NCBI RefSeq assembly: GCF_001194135.2
Contig: NC_069000.1
Span: 27,177,056-27,229,899, forward strand
DNA: 52,844 nt
Direction: 5' to 3'
Origin: Octopus bimaculoides
Taxonomy: Eukaryota
Made by a program: the position numbers and the translations under genes. Shown piece by piece: positions 22,430-36,642 of this stretch (positions within the stretch are counted from its first letter, which is position 1; each line of letters starts with the position of its first letter). Under the pieces are notes generated by a model. That model searched no databases, had not been told where the DNA came from, and saw only the letters and a program-made list of their open reading frames with translations.

Positions 22430-24290
22430 TTTTTGTAGAGTACAGTGGAGTTTAGGAGGACAAGAAACCTCAGCTCTTAAGATAAATGAAGTTGTTAGAT
22501 GGTAATGCATTGGAAAAATTTATGTTGAAACATCTTTTTCTCTCATGTTTGCCCTTTAATATGAACGCAATTTTAGCACCAGTGAGAGAACAAAGTTCTA
22601 CAAATCAGCTAGCCAAATTGACTGAGGGGATTATGGATATTTCTTTTAAAAATTCTTCCAGCATAAAAATTCATTCTACCAGTTTTGCATCTTCTATTTC
22701 CGGCTCTTACTGATTAACTAGAATGGCTACAGTTGCCTCGTTATTCTACTCATTTCAGTTCTCATTTCCACAGACCCCAAGAAGCTGTTCACTTAGCCCT
22801 TGTGAGAAAGCTACAGCATTTTGTTGGTACCACAATAAGTTTTACACATAAGTGTATGCAGCCATGTTCATGTTTTGTTTTGTTTTGTTTTGGCTTTTTT
22901 TTTAGCCAAACAGCAAGAGGAAAAGTTAAGTGCAACTATATTTCCCTGTATCTTTTCAGTAAGTCGCATATTTCATGTTCTTGACACTTAATCAGAATAT
23001 CGTTTCCTTGTAGTATTTGGCCTGTCAAGTTTTTATGTGAATTGCAGGAACCGACAGCTGTTACATTACAAGTCATTAACCATTCACCAATACCCACATC
23101 CATGACATTAGATTTTAATTTGCAAAGAGAATTCAGGTGGATTTTTCTGACTGCAGATTTCCTTACTATATATCATTGGAGCTAAATTTTTTTTAATCAC
23201 TAGGTTCTACTTGTTGACTTTGAGAAACAAGAAACTAGTTAACTCTGAGACTGACTTATCAATACAAGCTATGAGCATGAAATCTACCACTGTTGGTCCT
23301 CTTTTCTTTTTAGCCTCTTCATCTAATCACTACCGCATGATCCTGAAAAAGTTTCCTGATATCACTTGCACTGGTGATGCATCACATTTGTCACAAAAGA
23401 TCCTCTTGATTCTGCTTCACCGAGACCAAAAGATGAATTCAGCCATATGTTGGAACTTAGCATAATTCGACCTTCCTGTAGTAATTGCGCTTCTCTGCAT
23501 AGGGTTCCAAAGAAAACTGACTGAGATTGATGTCCTTGAGGAGATTATAAAAGATTTAATGCTTTAAGTGTTCTGGATAAATATCCTATTCTTCACATCC
23601 ATGGTTTCTCAGCTTCTCCACATGGTTGTATCATTTTTTTGTTTGTGCTTATTATTAAATTCTCATAGAACCTGCTGATGTTCCTAAAACTGCAATAACT
23701 ACCCACTTTGGATTGTTTGAATCTCTTTAAATATCTTTCAGTCTTGGGAATGCTGCAAATTCATTTCAATGATTTATCGACAAAGTAGTTTTCACTTTGT
23801 TTGCTTATATTGACTTATTAATTGCAAGTGCTGCAGAAGAGCAACATGAACAGTATTTGGAGCAAGTTTTTATTAGGTTATCACTCTATTGTGTGGTGAT
23901 ATAAACCCTAATAAATGACTTTTTGGTGTTTCTTCTGTGACATCTTGGGACATATTGATAAAGATGGAATCTGGCCGTTGAGGGGAAAAAGTAGATGCAG
24001 TTGTGAAAATTCCTGTTCCTACATTGTTAAGGAAATTGCAAGAATTCCATGACCTTATAAACTTCTATAGGTGGTTCATTCTGTGCTATATGGAGACAAT
24101 GTATTCATTAAAGGGATTTCTACGTAATCTTAAATGGAAATACAAGAGTATCTCCTTAACTCCAACAGAATTACAGGCTTTTAATGACATAAAGTAGAAA
24201 TAACTAGAGTTACTTTATTAGCCCACCTGATATCAGATATAACCTTATCCCTTCTGGTGGATGCATCAAATGTAGAAGTCGGTGGAACAT
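22430..24290 (+). mobile_element. Heavily decayed CsRn1-like Gypsy internal region (gag end, PR, RT, start of RNase H); no LTRs seen
   Basis: LFLSCLP..AILAP..LAKL, IIGAKFF, DKYPILHIH, DVPKTAITTHFGLFE, LGNAANSFQ, FAYID-LLIAS, LVDASNVEVGG. Confidence 0.78.
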
Positions 24291-24431
24291 CTACATACTA
24301 ATGTAAAAAATGTCATATACTCTTGTAAAAATAAATGTTATTTAAACAATGTTTGGGGCTGGTTTTAATACAGGACACTATGTAGTCTAAGTATCAAATC
24401 AGTATGTCAAGACCCATCAAACCAAACCACA

Positions 24432-24434
<3 letters not shown>

Positions 24435-24473
<39 letters not shown>

Positions 24474-24495
24474 NNNNNNNNNNATATATATATAC

Positions 24496-24526
<31 letters not shown>

Positions 24527-24530
24527 TGCA
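24435..24530. repeat. (TA)n and (TATG)n microsatellite with N gap
   Basis: Direct inspection. Confidence 0.9.
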
Positions 24531-27500
24531 TGTGATGTTGAGGGATCAATGTAAGTTGTCAGGTGTAGCAGATGAGGTTAGGTGTGTTGGACCGGCATCA
24601 ATGAAAAACAAGGAAAAGAGAATAGGAATGTATTTTACATTATTTATTTGGTCATAGTTGCATCCACTTGTTGGATACTGAGAGCCTGATTTGAAATATG
24701 AACAAATATGCCACTACATAATGCAGCCAGCTACTTCGAGTCAGTGAAGTTGTGTACACAGAGAAATGTGTGAAGTAAAACAGAGGAAAGAGAATGTTAA
24801 TGGGACGAGACAATACAAAAACATATATTGTGTCTGTGTGTGCATTCACCCATCACTTCTGGTGTGTTGTCTCTCTACCTTGTTTCTTTGTCGGGTCTGG
24901 AGCTATCTATCTGGTCTCTCTCAGCTCACTCTGCTGACTGTCCGTGTCTGCCTACAGAACTGGTATTTATAATGGCCCATTCTAGCTAGAAGGATGGATA
25001 TATCATTATAAGAGTGGCTTATACACATTTAGGCCACTTGCTATCCAGTTGAACTTTCTGTGACACAGCCAGGTCAAAGGTCAAGTGGAAACTCATCAAT
25101 CATTTTGACAGGACAAAGAAATTTTCCTGCTTGGTCAGCAAATAGCGGGTGGATCCAGTGAGCGAGAATTCTTAGATTCGGTTTCAAATCTCAGTCAAAA
25201 AAATAAAATATAATTTCAACACTACCCTCACCCCAAAGAGCCAAAGAGATTGAACATGTGAAGTTGAAATGGATGTACAAACAACAACTGAATACTTGTC
25301 AAAACAGGTGAAGCGAAAGAATGGAAAAATATGGAGCAAAATGTTTTGAAAACAAAGCAAAATATATGTGCATGCAAGAGAATATAATTTCACAGAAATA
25401 AAAATGTTCGTGCAAAAAGTTCTTTGATTAAATGTTCAGTCAGTTCAATTAGCAGAACAAGATGTTGATTATATAAAAAAATGGTTTTTGTAATTTTTAT
25501 TTTTATGTTTGTATGTGAGTGATGTATAGTCAATTGGGTAATGTGTGTGGCAATTGCTCATAACCACGAAAAGATTTTTTCTTTTTTGTTGAAGTGGACA
25601 TTTCAATTGAAATGACGCCTAGCTGGAGAATTTGTACTTATCTGAAAGACTTGAACATAACTTGCGGCCATCAACCTGTTCTTCCCAATTTGGTGTGCTG
25701 GGGTTGTGCAGAATTTGAGGCGTTTGTGAAAGGTAAAGTTGACATTGTTGAGTTTGTTTGGGAAATAGTAGGAACTGGTTGTAAATCTGGTTCAACAAAT
25801 GCTTATTCCAAACAATCAACGCTGACAGTATTTTGTTTTTTGTTTTCATATATATCCAGAATGAAATATTTTGGTTTCCTGTTGGTAGGGTCCAGAAAAA
25901 GGGGGACAAAGTTGCTGAGGAAAACCATCATTCTGAACAAAAACATATTTCTATATACTGATGTCCTCTGGGACATGTGTAGCAACATTCTGCTGTTGAG
26001 GGCTTGCAGGTGAAAGATGGGACATAGATGTCCACAAACGACTGACATATTTTGAAGGATCAGGAAGTGACTGTAGAAAAACAGATATTAGCATCTGACC
26101 AGGTAAAGTCAGTGCTGTGCCATAAATAAATTCAGCCGGAGTATGTCCGACTCCCTCTTTAACCGTGGATTGAATACAAAGGAGGATGAGTAGAAGATAT
26201 TCCAACCAGTTGGAGCAGTCCAGATAGGCTTTAATAGCTGCCTTAAGTTGGCAGTGAAAGCATTCGACCATGCCATTTGCTGAGGGGTGATATGCTGTTG
26301 TCATCTCAGTGAAGAGGTGAGAATTGAACTGACATCCTCTGTCAGTGGTGATTGTCACAGGTGTACCAAAAGGTGAAACCCAATAAAACACTAGCGTTTT
26401 GGTGACAGTTTCTACAGAAGTATCCAATAGGGGAAAAGCTTCCGATCAGCAAGAAAATCTGTCAACACAGGTGAGGTGAGTGCAGTAGTTAGAAGGAGGC
26501 AAGGGTCCAATGATGTTGATGTGCATGTGTTGAAAACATGCATCAGGAGTTGCAAATGAACCAATAGCAGATTTAATGTGTCGGTGAATCTTTGCTTTTT
26601 GGCATGTGACACAGCTCCTAACCCATTCGTGGGTGTCCTTTTTGGGCCACACAAAACGGGTCAATATCAGCTTTTGTGTGGTGCAGACACCAGGATGTGC
26701 TAGGGAATGCAATGCAAAGGAAACATGTCAATGTTTCTGCGGCATATATGGATGTTCATTGCCAGTGGCGGTGTTGCACTAAATATAGCCTGTAGCAGAG
26801 GGTAATGGAAATTACTGAAATTTCAGAGATGATGAATTCTGGAGCTTTAGTAGTCCTTCATCTTGTTGATCAGCTGCAATCTGCTGGAGATCAATAGTAG
26901 CAGTGGTGTGAATTGCATTAAGCTCCATGTGTGACAGGGCATCAGCTGTAGAGTTGTTTGCACCCTTAATGTGGCGAATGTTAGTTGTGTATTGGAATAT
27001 GAAGTCTAGATGTCAGACTTCCCTGGGTGAGTGATGATCAGGCTTGGTGTTGAATGCATAAACCAGCGGTTTATGGCCAGTGTAGATTGAGAAAACACAA
27101 CCTTCTAGCATGTGTTGAAAATGCTTGACAGCAAGATATACTGCCAATAATTCTCTCAGCACTAAGAAATAAAAGATACGAGTTGCCAAATACCATCAGT
27201 GAGTTGTTGGAGCATGCCTCCAACTCTGGAATTGGATGCATCAACCAGTACACATAGTGGGACCTCTTTTTTTGATATACATGAGCATGGTAGCCTTAGA
27301 TAGCACCTTTTTCAATTTTGTGAAAGAGGTGTGTTCTTTTTCATTCAGTACAACGTTTACATTTTTGCTTGTTTGCTGTTGCAGCAAATCTGTGAGGGGT
27401 TGGGCTGTCTCTGCACAGTGAGGTATGAATCTACACTAGAAGTTCACTGGGCCAAGAAATTCCCACAGTTTACGAAGAGATGTGGGTGATGGAAAATCTA

Positions 27501-30258
27501 CAATGGCTTTGACTTTCTCTGGGAGTGGGCAAATGCCATACTTATCTACAATGTATCCAAGAAAACAAAGGGATGCAACTCCGAAGTGCACTTGCTGGGG
27601 TTGATGACAATACGATATTCCCACAGGCATTAGAACAGCAGGTGCAGATGTTGTTCATGTTCTTTGTCTGAGCTACTGGCCACAAGCAAGTCGTCTATGT
27701 ATGCATAGATGAAAGGCAAGCCTCTGGTAACCATGTTGATGAACCATTGGAATGTCTGCACTGCATTTTGTAAACCAAAAGGCATACGCAGGAATTCGAA
27801 CATTCCAAAAGGTGTTGTGGCTGCAGTCTTCGGAATATCCGCGGGTTCTACAGGTATTTGTTTACAAGTTCACTCAAGGTCGATCTTCAAAAATATGTGA
27901 GCTCCATGCAGCGAGCTAGAAAAGTCCTGTAGAGGAGGCATATGATATGCATCAGATACAGTGCAGTTGTTCAGTGATCAACAGTCACCGCAAACTCACC
28001 AATCAGTTGATGCAGTATACAGGTGAGAACCAGTTGCTGCTGGGTGGGCGGATGATTCTGAGGTTGAGCATGTGTTGGAATACTTGTTTGACAGCCTTGA
28101 GATGTTCTAGTGGTAGCCTTTGGGGTCGTGCAGCAACAGGGTCTTGATATGGTGGGTGACTTTATGTTTAATGGGTTTATTATGGGATACAGGTTGAGCA
28201 ATATTAGGGTATTCTTTGAGGATAGCACTGTGACGGGTTGTTATTGTTGACTGTAAAATGATTGGGCTGACTGCCACCATCTGAGTGGCTATACCATGCA
28301 CAGTGAGCTGAGTGGTGCTGTCAACAAGTCTTCCATGCTTGATATTCACCAGGTGACCAAAATGGTGAAGAAAATTGGCTCCTAAAATAGGGATCGGCAG
28401 CTTAGCTATGACGAATACTCACTAGGTGTGGTGCAGTCCTAAGTCCATTGTTAGGGACTGTTCATCGTAAGTAGGAATCGGTGAGTGATTGACTGCCTGA
28501 AGATAGACTGGTATTTCTTTTCTGTTGCCTGGAGTGCAGGAAACAAGGATTATGCTGACTTCTGCACCAGTATCAACAAGGAAACATGTGCCTGTTAAAC
28601 AGTCACAGATGAAAATCAGGCGACTTTGTGGGTGAGAGCCAGGAACATCCATCATATTCAATCCTTGACTGTTTTGTTTCCCGAATGAGATGTCAAGAAT
28701 GAACATAGGGGCATGCATTTCTGTGCCTGTGTTCCAAACATGTTTCTTGTGAATAACAGGAGGCACTCAGGCTTTGTGACTGTCTACCAAATCGATGCAG
28801 TCAGCTGCTACTTTGAAGGGGTATACCAAACAATAGGGCCATCATTGATGAACACAAGTCCAAAATTTCCAAACACTAGATGACAAAAGGAAAGGAATGA
28901 TGGAAGGAACAGCTGGAGTCACAGTAGATAAGGTAGAATATTTATGTGGTACTTTGGCAATTTTGTCTGCAAGCTCAGCCAGTTCCTCAAGTGAAGTGGA
29001 TTCTCTGGTGGAAGCCAAGACCACTTGTGTATTGGAGGGAAGATGCTGGAGAAAAAGCAGCTTAAAGATTTCTGTTCTCTCAGAAGCTGCTTCATTCTCT
29101 GTAGAATCTGGGATGGTTTTCTGTCTTCTAATTCCTCCAATATAAGCAGCTGGTGGAGATGCTCTGATATAAGGAGCTGGCAGAGATACTCCGTTATAAG
29201 GAGCTGGTGGAGACACTCCGACATTAGCAGCTGATGGAGACGCTCCGATATAAGGAGCTGGTGAAGATGCTTTTGTTGCAACTCTGAAGTCCTCTTAATG
29301 AAAGTAATTTTGAATGTGTCATATGACACAGAACCAGGTGGTGTCAAAATGAGATCTTGGACCATGTTCATAATTTCTGGCAATAGTGATCTGATCGCAT
29401 GCTTTAGGTGAGCTGCATCACTAACAATTCGATTCAAAGAAAACTGGGCCTCAATATGATAAAATCACATAAGTAGTGTGATGACTAATTGCAGCAATTT
29501 TCCAGTTCGGGTTCAATGATGCTTGAAGTGAAGGCTATTATTCTTTGTTGGAGTCACCAAACGTAGCGGAATGTAATGTTGAGGGATCAATGTAAGTTGT
29601 CAGGTGCAGCAGATGAGGTTAGGCGTGTTGGACTGGTATCGAGGAAAAACAATGAAGAAAGAATAGGAATGTATTCTACATTATTTATTTGGTCATAGCT
29701 GCATTCACTTGTTGGATACTGAAAGCTTGATTTGAAATATGAACAAATATGCCACTACATAATGCAGCCAGCTACTTCGAGTCAGTGAAGTTGTGTACAC
29801 AGAGAAATGTGTGAAGTAAAACAGAGGAAAGAGAATGTTGATGGGACGAGACAATACAAAAACATATATTGTGTCTGTGTGTGCATTCGCCCATCACTTC
29901 TGGTGTGTTGTCTCTCTACCTTGTTTCTTTGTCGGGTCTGGAGCTATCTATCTGGTCTCTCTCAGCTCACTCTGCTGACTGTCCGTGTCTGCCTACAGAA
30001 CTGGTATTTATAATGGCCCATTCTAGCTAGAAGGGCCCAGTCTAGCTAGAGTGGCTTATACACATTTAGGTCACTTGCTGTCCATTTGAACTTTCTTTAA
30101 CACAGCCAGGTCAGAGGTTGAGTGGAAACTCATCGATCATTTTGACAGGACAAAGAAATTTTCCTGCTTGGTCAGCAAATAGCGGGTGGATCCAGTGAGC
30201 GAGAATTCTTAGATTCGTTTTCGAATCTCAGCCAGGAAGATAAAATGTAGTTTCCATG
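24523..30258 (-). mobile_element. CsRn1-like Ty3/Gypsy element, full length, decayed
   Basis: ~700-bp LTRs at ~24523-25221 and 29562-~30258; PBS TGGTGACTCC (29550-29559, tRNA-Trp-like); PPT GGGGTGAGGGTAG; FLVDTGAEVS, MPFGLQNAVQTFQ, YIDD, HPGV..C..C, YHPSANGMVE. Confidence 0.9.
29130..29275 (-). repeat. 27-bp tandem repeat (about 5 units) within gag
   Basis: Translates LHQLLISER / LHQLLMSEC / LHQLLITEY / LCQLLISEH / LHQLLILEE. Confidence 0.85.
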
Positions 30259-30519
30259 TATACAAACTATTTAATTTTTTAAATATAACTATAAAAGAAT
30301 AATAAGGGCAACTACTACTGAGTAATGCCACATGGTAGAAGATGCCAAATGACTCTAAAACTACTTTATTTATCACATAGACATGGGCTGAAAGTGAGGG
30401 AATGAACAAAAAAAATAATTCATATTTATCATTATAATCAAAGATAAAATCTATATAGGATTTTATTAAGTAGCATGTAAAAAAAACATTTAGGTAAAAA
30501 TTAATACAAAGCATTCAAT

Positions 30520-31000
30520 TTTCAGTTCATCTTTGGTGTTACAAGGAGTTTTGTTGATCTCTCACTCAACTGCACCCTACACATAATAATCAAGGGGGTT
30601 GCAGTCTGGGGAGTTAGGGGTGATGTGGTAGCAGAAATTGTCTGACAGCCATGACTGGGTTCTCCTGCTTGTGTGGTATGGTGCAGAGTTTTGTTGCCAG
30701 ACAGGGTCTTCCAGCAACCACTTTCTTGACCCAGAGCAGCACTACCTCCTCCAGGCACTTCATGTAGGCCTCTGCATTGAGTCTGAAGTGGTGTGGGAAG
30801 ATGAATGGAGGCATAACATTGCCATCACTAGTGATCACTCCAAACACCATAATGTTGACATGTCCTCATTGACACCCAAATACTCTGAAATGTTTGTACT
30901 GGAGCTTCCAGTGCAAATGCCAAGCAGTACAGCATATCATTACCAAATCAGGTGTAGCAGGCAGCCGGAGTCCTGAAAGATGGTGATCTGCGTTAGGTCA
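30520..31000 (-). mobile_element. Internally deleted Tc1/mariner (DD37D/maT-like) transposase remnant
   Basis: N-terminal AVLLGI..GSSSTNISEYLGVN joins directly to NIMVFGVITSDGNVMPPFIFP; later NSPDCNPLDYYV and KTPCNTKDELK. Confidence 0.8.
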
Positions 31001-31209
31001 GGAAAAAACCAGAGGAAAAGCTGGTGGAAGTCTGAAGTACAGCTAACATGCAAATCAATCATTGGAACCAGGTGTAGGGGTGAAAGACTAATTGACTTCT
31101 CTAGTAGCTGGTTACCTCCAAAATTTTTCTCAGTGAATGAGAATGATTATAAAATCTAGATTTCCAAGTTGTAGCAGATAAACCAATATAATGCTTACAA
31201 TCTGTTATT

Positions 31210-31500
31210 ATCTTACACTAATTTACTATATTTTTCCTTAAACACTGATTTTCTAAAGGGCATACAATTTTGTTTTGACAATTACACAGGGATTTATTCA
31301 CTTGTATTTGGTACTCATAGCTAAAAGAATTTCCACTAGTTCTTCTCTGCAAATTAGATGTTAAGGTGGGATTATTATTATTACAATTAATATTAATGCT
31401 AGGTGATAACCTAACTGTATTATCAGAGTTGTGATTAGTTATAGAATCAACACCTTGTTCAGAAAGAGTATCATGAAAGTTAATTTTACTATACACATTA
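31210..31500 (-). mobile_element. Penelope-like element, linker and start of GIY-YIG (3' piece)
   Basis: CNCQNKIVCPLENQCLRKNIV. Confidence 0.75.
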
Positions 31501-31502
31501 TT

Positions 31503-34500
31503 TGTTTTACTGACGAGAATAGACAGGACTACTATATATAAATAGTAGCAGTCTGACATAGTCGGCAGTTCATAGTTTAGTCTTCGAAGTCCAGGTACAG
31601 CTTGCAGTTTGAGTTAGTGTGTTGGAAATATTGATTGTTGGTTCGTAACACATTTGTTACTGCTACTGTTTCTATTTTGCATTGTTATAACATTGTTACA
31701 GTGTATTCTTTGTCTATCATCGACAATATCATCTGCGCTACAATATTGGAGGCTTAAGGATATAACATCTGGCAACGAGGATTTTTTGAAGCTCACATAG
31801 GTTATTTGACAATTTGTGTCATACAAATCGTTAAATTATGGAGAAACAATTAGCTGCAGCTTTAAGAGAAACAACAAGAACAACTACAGGAGTTTCAAAA
31901 GCAATTATTACAAGAACAACAACAATTAAATGAGTTAGAGTCAAGGAAGTCCAAAAATTTTGTAAGTTCTTTTATGCCAGATGGCATGGCGAACTCGATT
32001 TCTGAATTCACTTATAATCCAGAAGAGGATATTATGTTTCCTGTGCACTATAGAAGGTACGAGAAAATTTTTAACAAAGATTGCAAGTCATGGTCGGATA
32101 AGGAGAAAGTGAGGCTATTACTACACAAGGTAGCTCTGGCTGAGCATGAACGCTACTGTAACTTTATATTGTCCAAAAAAATTGAGTGAGATTTATTTCC
32201 AAGAAACTATTGAACTACTCTGAAAGAATGGAATGTTGGAACTTAACAAAAAATGATGATGATGACTATATTACATATGCCAGAGTAGTCAACTTTATGT
32301 GTAAAAACTTGAAACTTCAGGAACTCACTCAGGATATGTTTAAATCCTTTATCTTCATACAAGGTCTTACGGCAACTGAAGATAGAGAAACTTGGGCAAT
32401 TCTCTCAAAAATGGAGCAAGTGAACCAAGACTTAACCCTACAGACCATTGTAGAAGAATGTCAAACAATAGTAAACCTGAAGCATGACATGGAAAAAATT
32501 CAAGAGAAAGATTCCATGAAAATACAAATGTGTCAACCCAGAAATTACAACCAAAAAAGAGTGCCAGGCTCCAATCCATGTTATGGATGTGAAGACCTAC
32601 ACTTCAGAAAAGAGTGTCTATTTAAAAACTGAAACTGCTACAATTGTCAGAAACTTGGTTACAAGATTAAGAGGGTTGAATGCAAAAAGTTCTAAGATGT
32701 TTTCAGTAGAAAGTGAATGCAACACAAAAACAATAAAATTTGTACATGCAAAAATAAATATGGGTAGTAATATCTCAATTATAAATGCGGATATATGGAG
32801 AAAAATTGGGAAGCCAAGGTTAAAACAGCAAAAATTGCGCATGGAGTGACAGGTGGTAAATTATATTTCATGGGTGAAATGTGTACAGGCATCACATTTC
32901 AAGGAGAAACACGCAAAGTAAAAATATTCATTGAAGAGAATACAATCAATCTGTTTGGTACAGATTGGTTGGAGTTATTTGACTTATGGCACTTCCCCAT
33001 AGGTCTCTACTGCAAAAACAAATGGTTGTCCTGTTAAAAATAAATCGTCTGAGGAATTGAAGAGACAATTGAAAAAGGTGTTTCCTCATGTACTATCGGA
33101 GAACTTAGGTCTATGTACAAAGACTGAAGCCTGTTTTCAAGCAAGTGAAAATGCTGTGCCTGTATTTAAATTTAACAGAAAAGTACCATTCACAGCAATT
33201 GAAATCATAAATGAAGAGTAGGACAGACTGGAAAAGAGTGGAATCATCAAAGTGGGTGGAGCCCACAGTGTGCATTAAAAAGACAAATAATAAGATTAGG
33301 CTGTGTATCGATTTCTCTACAAGATTGAACAACTGCCATCATCCACTCCCAACTCCAGAGGACATTTTCGCAAAATTAAATGTCTGACACTTATTTACAG
33401 ATTAAAGTAAATGACAGATACTCAAAGTATCTGACAATAAATACACGTAGAGGATTGTACAGATATACCCAGTACCTTTTGGATTAAAGGTTTCACTGGC
33501 AATATTTCAGCAAATCATGGATGCTGTGTATCTGATTGTGAACTTGCAATCCCTTATTTCGATGATATATTGATAAAGAGTAATTCATGTGAACAGCATG
33601 TGGAGCCTATAAAAGCTGTGTTCAAGAAAGTTAAAGAGTATGCAATTTTTTTTTGCCTCAAATTAAGTTCTTAGGGCAAATAATTGATAAAAATGGTAGA
33701 TGGCCTGACCTGTCGAGTGCAGGCGCAATAAAGAATATCCTGTTCTGACAAATACACCAACATTACAAGTGTTTTTGGGGCAGGTAAACTACTACCAAAA
33801 CTACATTCCGAACATGCACAAATTAAGAGCTCCATTGAATGAATTTATTAAAAAAGGAGGTGAAGTGGAATTGGTCGGTTAAACGCCAAAATGGATTTGA
33901 AGAAATAAAAAAAATTCTAATCACAGATTTGTTTCTAGCGCATTTCAATCCTGACACAGACATTGTGGTAGCATTTGATGCTTCAGAGTACGAAATAGGA
34001 GCAGTTTTGCTACACAAGTATAAAAATGGAAGTATGAAACCTGTGATTCAAGTTTCGTGCTCACTGATAGCAGAAGAGAAAAAATACAGTCAGATGGAAA
34101 AAGAAGTCCTATTGATTATCTTTGTGGTGTAAAAATTTCACAGATTTCTACATGGTAGAAGTTTTCTGTTACAAACAGATCATCAACCATTGCTATCAAT
34201 TTATGGGTCAAAGGAAGGGTTACCTACCCATACAGCAAACCGACTACAACATTGGGGTATAATATCACTAAATTACAATTTCAAAATGGAGTATATTCCA
34301 TCGAAAAAAATTGGCCATACGGACTGTCTATTGAGACTAATTCCCTAAAATACAGAATCACTAGAAGATACTGTGATAGCCGCACTGCAGGCAGAAAATG
34401 AAATAAAAAGTATTATGACTAATGTTACCCAAGAACTGCCAGTGACTGCACAGGATATAAGAATGAAATCTGTAGGTGATGAGTATATTACAAAAATGAA

Positions 34501-36309
34501 AGAAGCTTTAAAAAGTAAGCAGAATAAAAATACAAATTCAAGTAGTTTCTTAATATGCAATGATACTCTTATGTATGCACAAAGAGTTGAAGTACTGACG
34601 ACATGTTGTTGTTGTTGTTGTTGTTGGCACTCCGTCGCTTACGACGTCGAGGGTTCCAGTTGATCCAATCAACTGAACAGCCTGGTCGTGAAATTGACAT
34701 GCAAGTGGCTGAGCACTCCACAGACACGTGTACCTTTAGCGTAGTTCTCGGGGATATTCAGCGTAACACAGTGACAAGGCTGGCCCTTTGAATTACAGGC
34801 ACAACAGAAACAGGAAGTAATAGTGAGAGAAAGTTGTGGTGGAAGAGTACAGCAGTGTTCGCCACCATCCACTGCCGGAGCCTCGTGGAGCTTTAGGTGT
34901 TTTCACTCAATAAACACTCACAACGCCTGGTCTGGGAATTGAAACTGCGATCCTATGACCGTGAGTCCACTGCCCTAACCACTGGGCCATTGCGCCTCCT
35001 CTGATGACATGACAAAACATGTATTGCAACAATTCCACAGCGGACACCCGGGAATGTCGAGGATGAAAGCTCTGATGAGGAGCTGCGGTTGACTATGGAC
35101 TGGGATATTGAAAATTTGGTGAGAACTTGTCAAGGTTGCACATTCATGGCCAAAAACCCACCGGTAAAATATCAATTGTGGCCAGAAACTGAGAACTCAT
35201 GGTCTAGGTTACATATCAAAAATGCCAGACTAGTGAATGGCACTTACTATCTAATCATGGTAGACAGCTGTACAAAATAGTCAGAGTATGCAGGTGCAAT
35301 AAACCAACTGCTAAGACAACTATAAAGTTCCTATATAAATTTGTTTGCATGATATGGTGTTCCAGACATGCTAGTTTCTGATAATGGAATGCAATTTTTG
35401 GGGTATGAATTCAAGAACTTTTATAAAATGCATGCGATAAAGCATATTTTCACTCCACCCAAGGTCAAATGGGCAGGTAGGAAGATTCGTGGACATGTTG
35501 AAAAGGGCGTTAAGAAAAGTTATGAATGAATTAAGTAACAACAAAGCACTAACAAAATTCTTAAAGTAACCCCCAATCCAAGTACAAATTCAGGAAAGTC
35601 AACTGCAGAGTTGATGTTCATGAAAAGAATAAAATCGATTTTTGATAAGTTATTGCCAGAGAAAAAAAGATGTAAGGAAATATGAAAGATGCAATGAAAT
35701 ATTTCGAAGTAGGAGATAAAGTGCATTTTAACACCTACAGAAATGATAAAGAAGGCTGGGAGGATGGCCTTGTAACCCCAAAAATAGGAAGTATAATGTA
35801 TCAAATTAAAGGACCATACTGAGAACATAGGAGACTATAAATCAGCTAAACAAGAGACATACCAAAGAACGGATAAATTCCTATGAAAGTATTTTTTGAA
35901 AGTAATGGAGTCCCATAGAACCAGTATAAGAAAATGGAAGCAGACCGAACACCTTCAGATAAGACTCAAGCGAAAAAGATACTAATAATAATAATAATAA
36001 ATAAAATTTCTTTATTCCTTTGGAACTCGAAATCTCAAAAGGGGAGATGTTGTGGTGAGAGTACAACACCCTCTGACAAGAATAGACCGGACCACAACAT
36101 ATAGTGGCAGTTCGTAGTTTGGTCTTTGAAGTTCAGGTACAGTTTACAGTTTGAGTTAGTGCATTGGAAACATTGATTGTTGGTTTGTTATGTGTTTGTT
36201 ATTGCCACTGTTTCTATTTTGTATTGTTATAAAACTGTTACATTGTATTCTTTATCTATTGTCGACAATATCAACTATACTATGATATTGGCGGCTTAAG
36301 GATATAATA
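31503..36309 (+). mobile_element. Mag-like Ty3/Gypsy element, decayed, inserted in the Penelope element
   Basis: LTRs ~31503-31767 and 36048-36309; PBS TGGCAACGAGGAT (31770-31782, tRNA-Ser-GCT-like); PPT aaaaggggaga; gag EFTYNPEED..EHERYCNFIL with two knuckles; AFDASEYEIGAVL; HSGHPG..C..C. Confidence 0.88.
34606..35000 (-). mobile_element. tRNA-derived SINE with (AAC)n tail inside the Mag pol
   Basis: Head GGAGGCGCAATGGCCCAGTGGTTAGG...TTTCAATTCCC; TSD ctgacgacatg (34595-34605) / ctgatgacatg (35001-35011). Confidence 0.9.
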
Positions 36310-36565
36310 GATTTAGAATTTAGATATTCTCTAATTCTCTGTTTATTGTGTGCTGCTATAACCTCAGCTAAATTTCTAGTGGTTGAATACAAAGACTTTA
36401 CACTATGTTGATTAAAAATTTTCCCCATTTACTTGAAGGTGGGCATTATACCATATAATATTTGTTGTTCTATTATTTTTATTATTTATATATACTTGTT
36501 TTTGTTAGTGTTACCTTTATTAAAATTGGATTTTTTCCTATTGTAATTTTTATTCTTAAATTTGT
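36310..36565 (-). mobile_element. Penelope-like element, middle piece
   Basis: N/K-rich linker, then NRTTNIIWYN and KIFNQHSVKSLYSTTRNLAEVIAAHNK. Confidence 0.75.
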
Positions 36566-36642
36566 TGTCGTCGTCATCCTCTCCTCCTCCTCCTCCTCCT
36601 CCTCCTCCTCATCATCATCATAATTATTATTATTATTATTAA
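36565..36642. repeat. Compound trinucleotide tract (GTC)(CCT)(CAT)(ATT)
   Basis: Direct inspection. Confidence 0.9.

Noticed and set aside
34940-35000. tRNA gene-like sequences (also 43750-43816 and 21930-21990)
   Set aside because: They are SINE heads followed by SINE bodies and tails, two with TSDs, and they have no complete cloverleaf.
35831-36002. env-like third ORF in any Gypsy element
   Set aside because: No space or ORF with signal peptide or transmembrane features between IN and the PPT.
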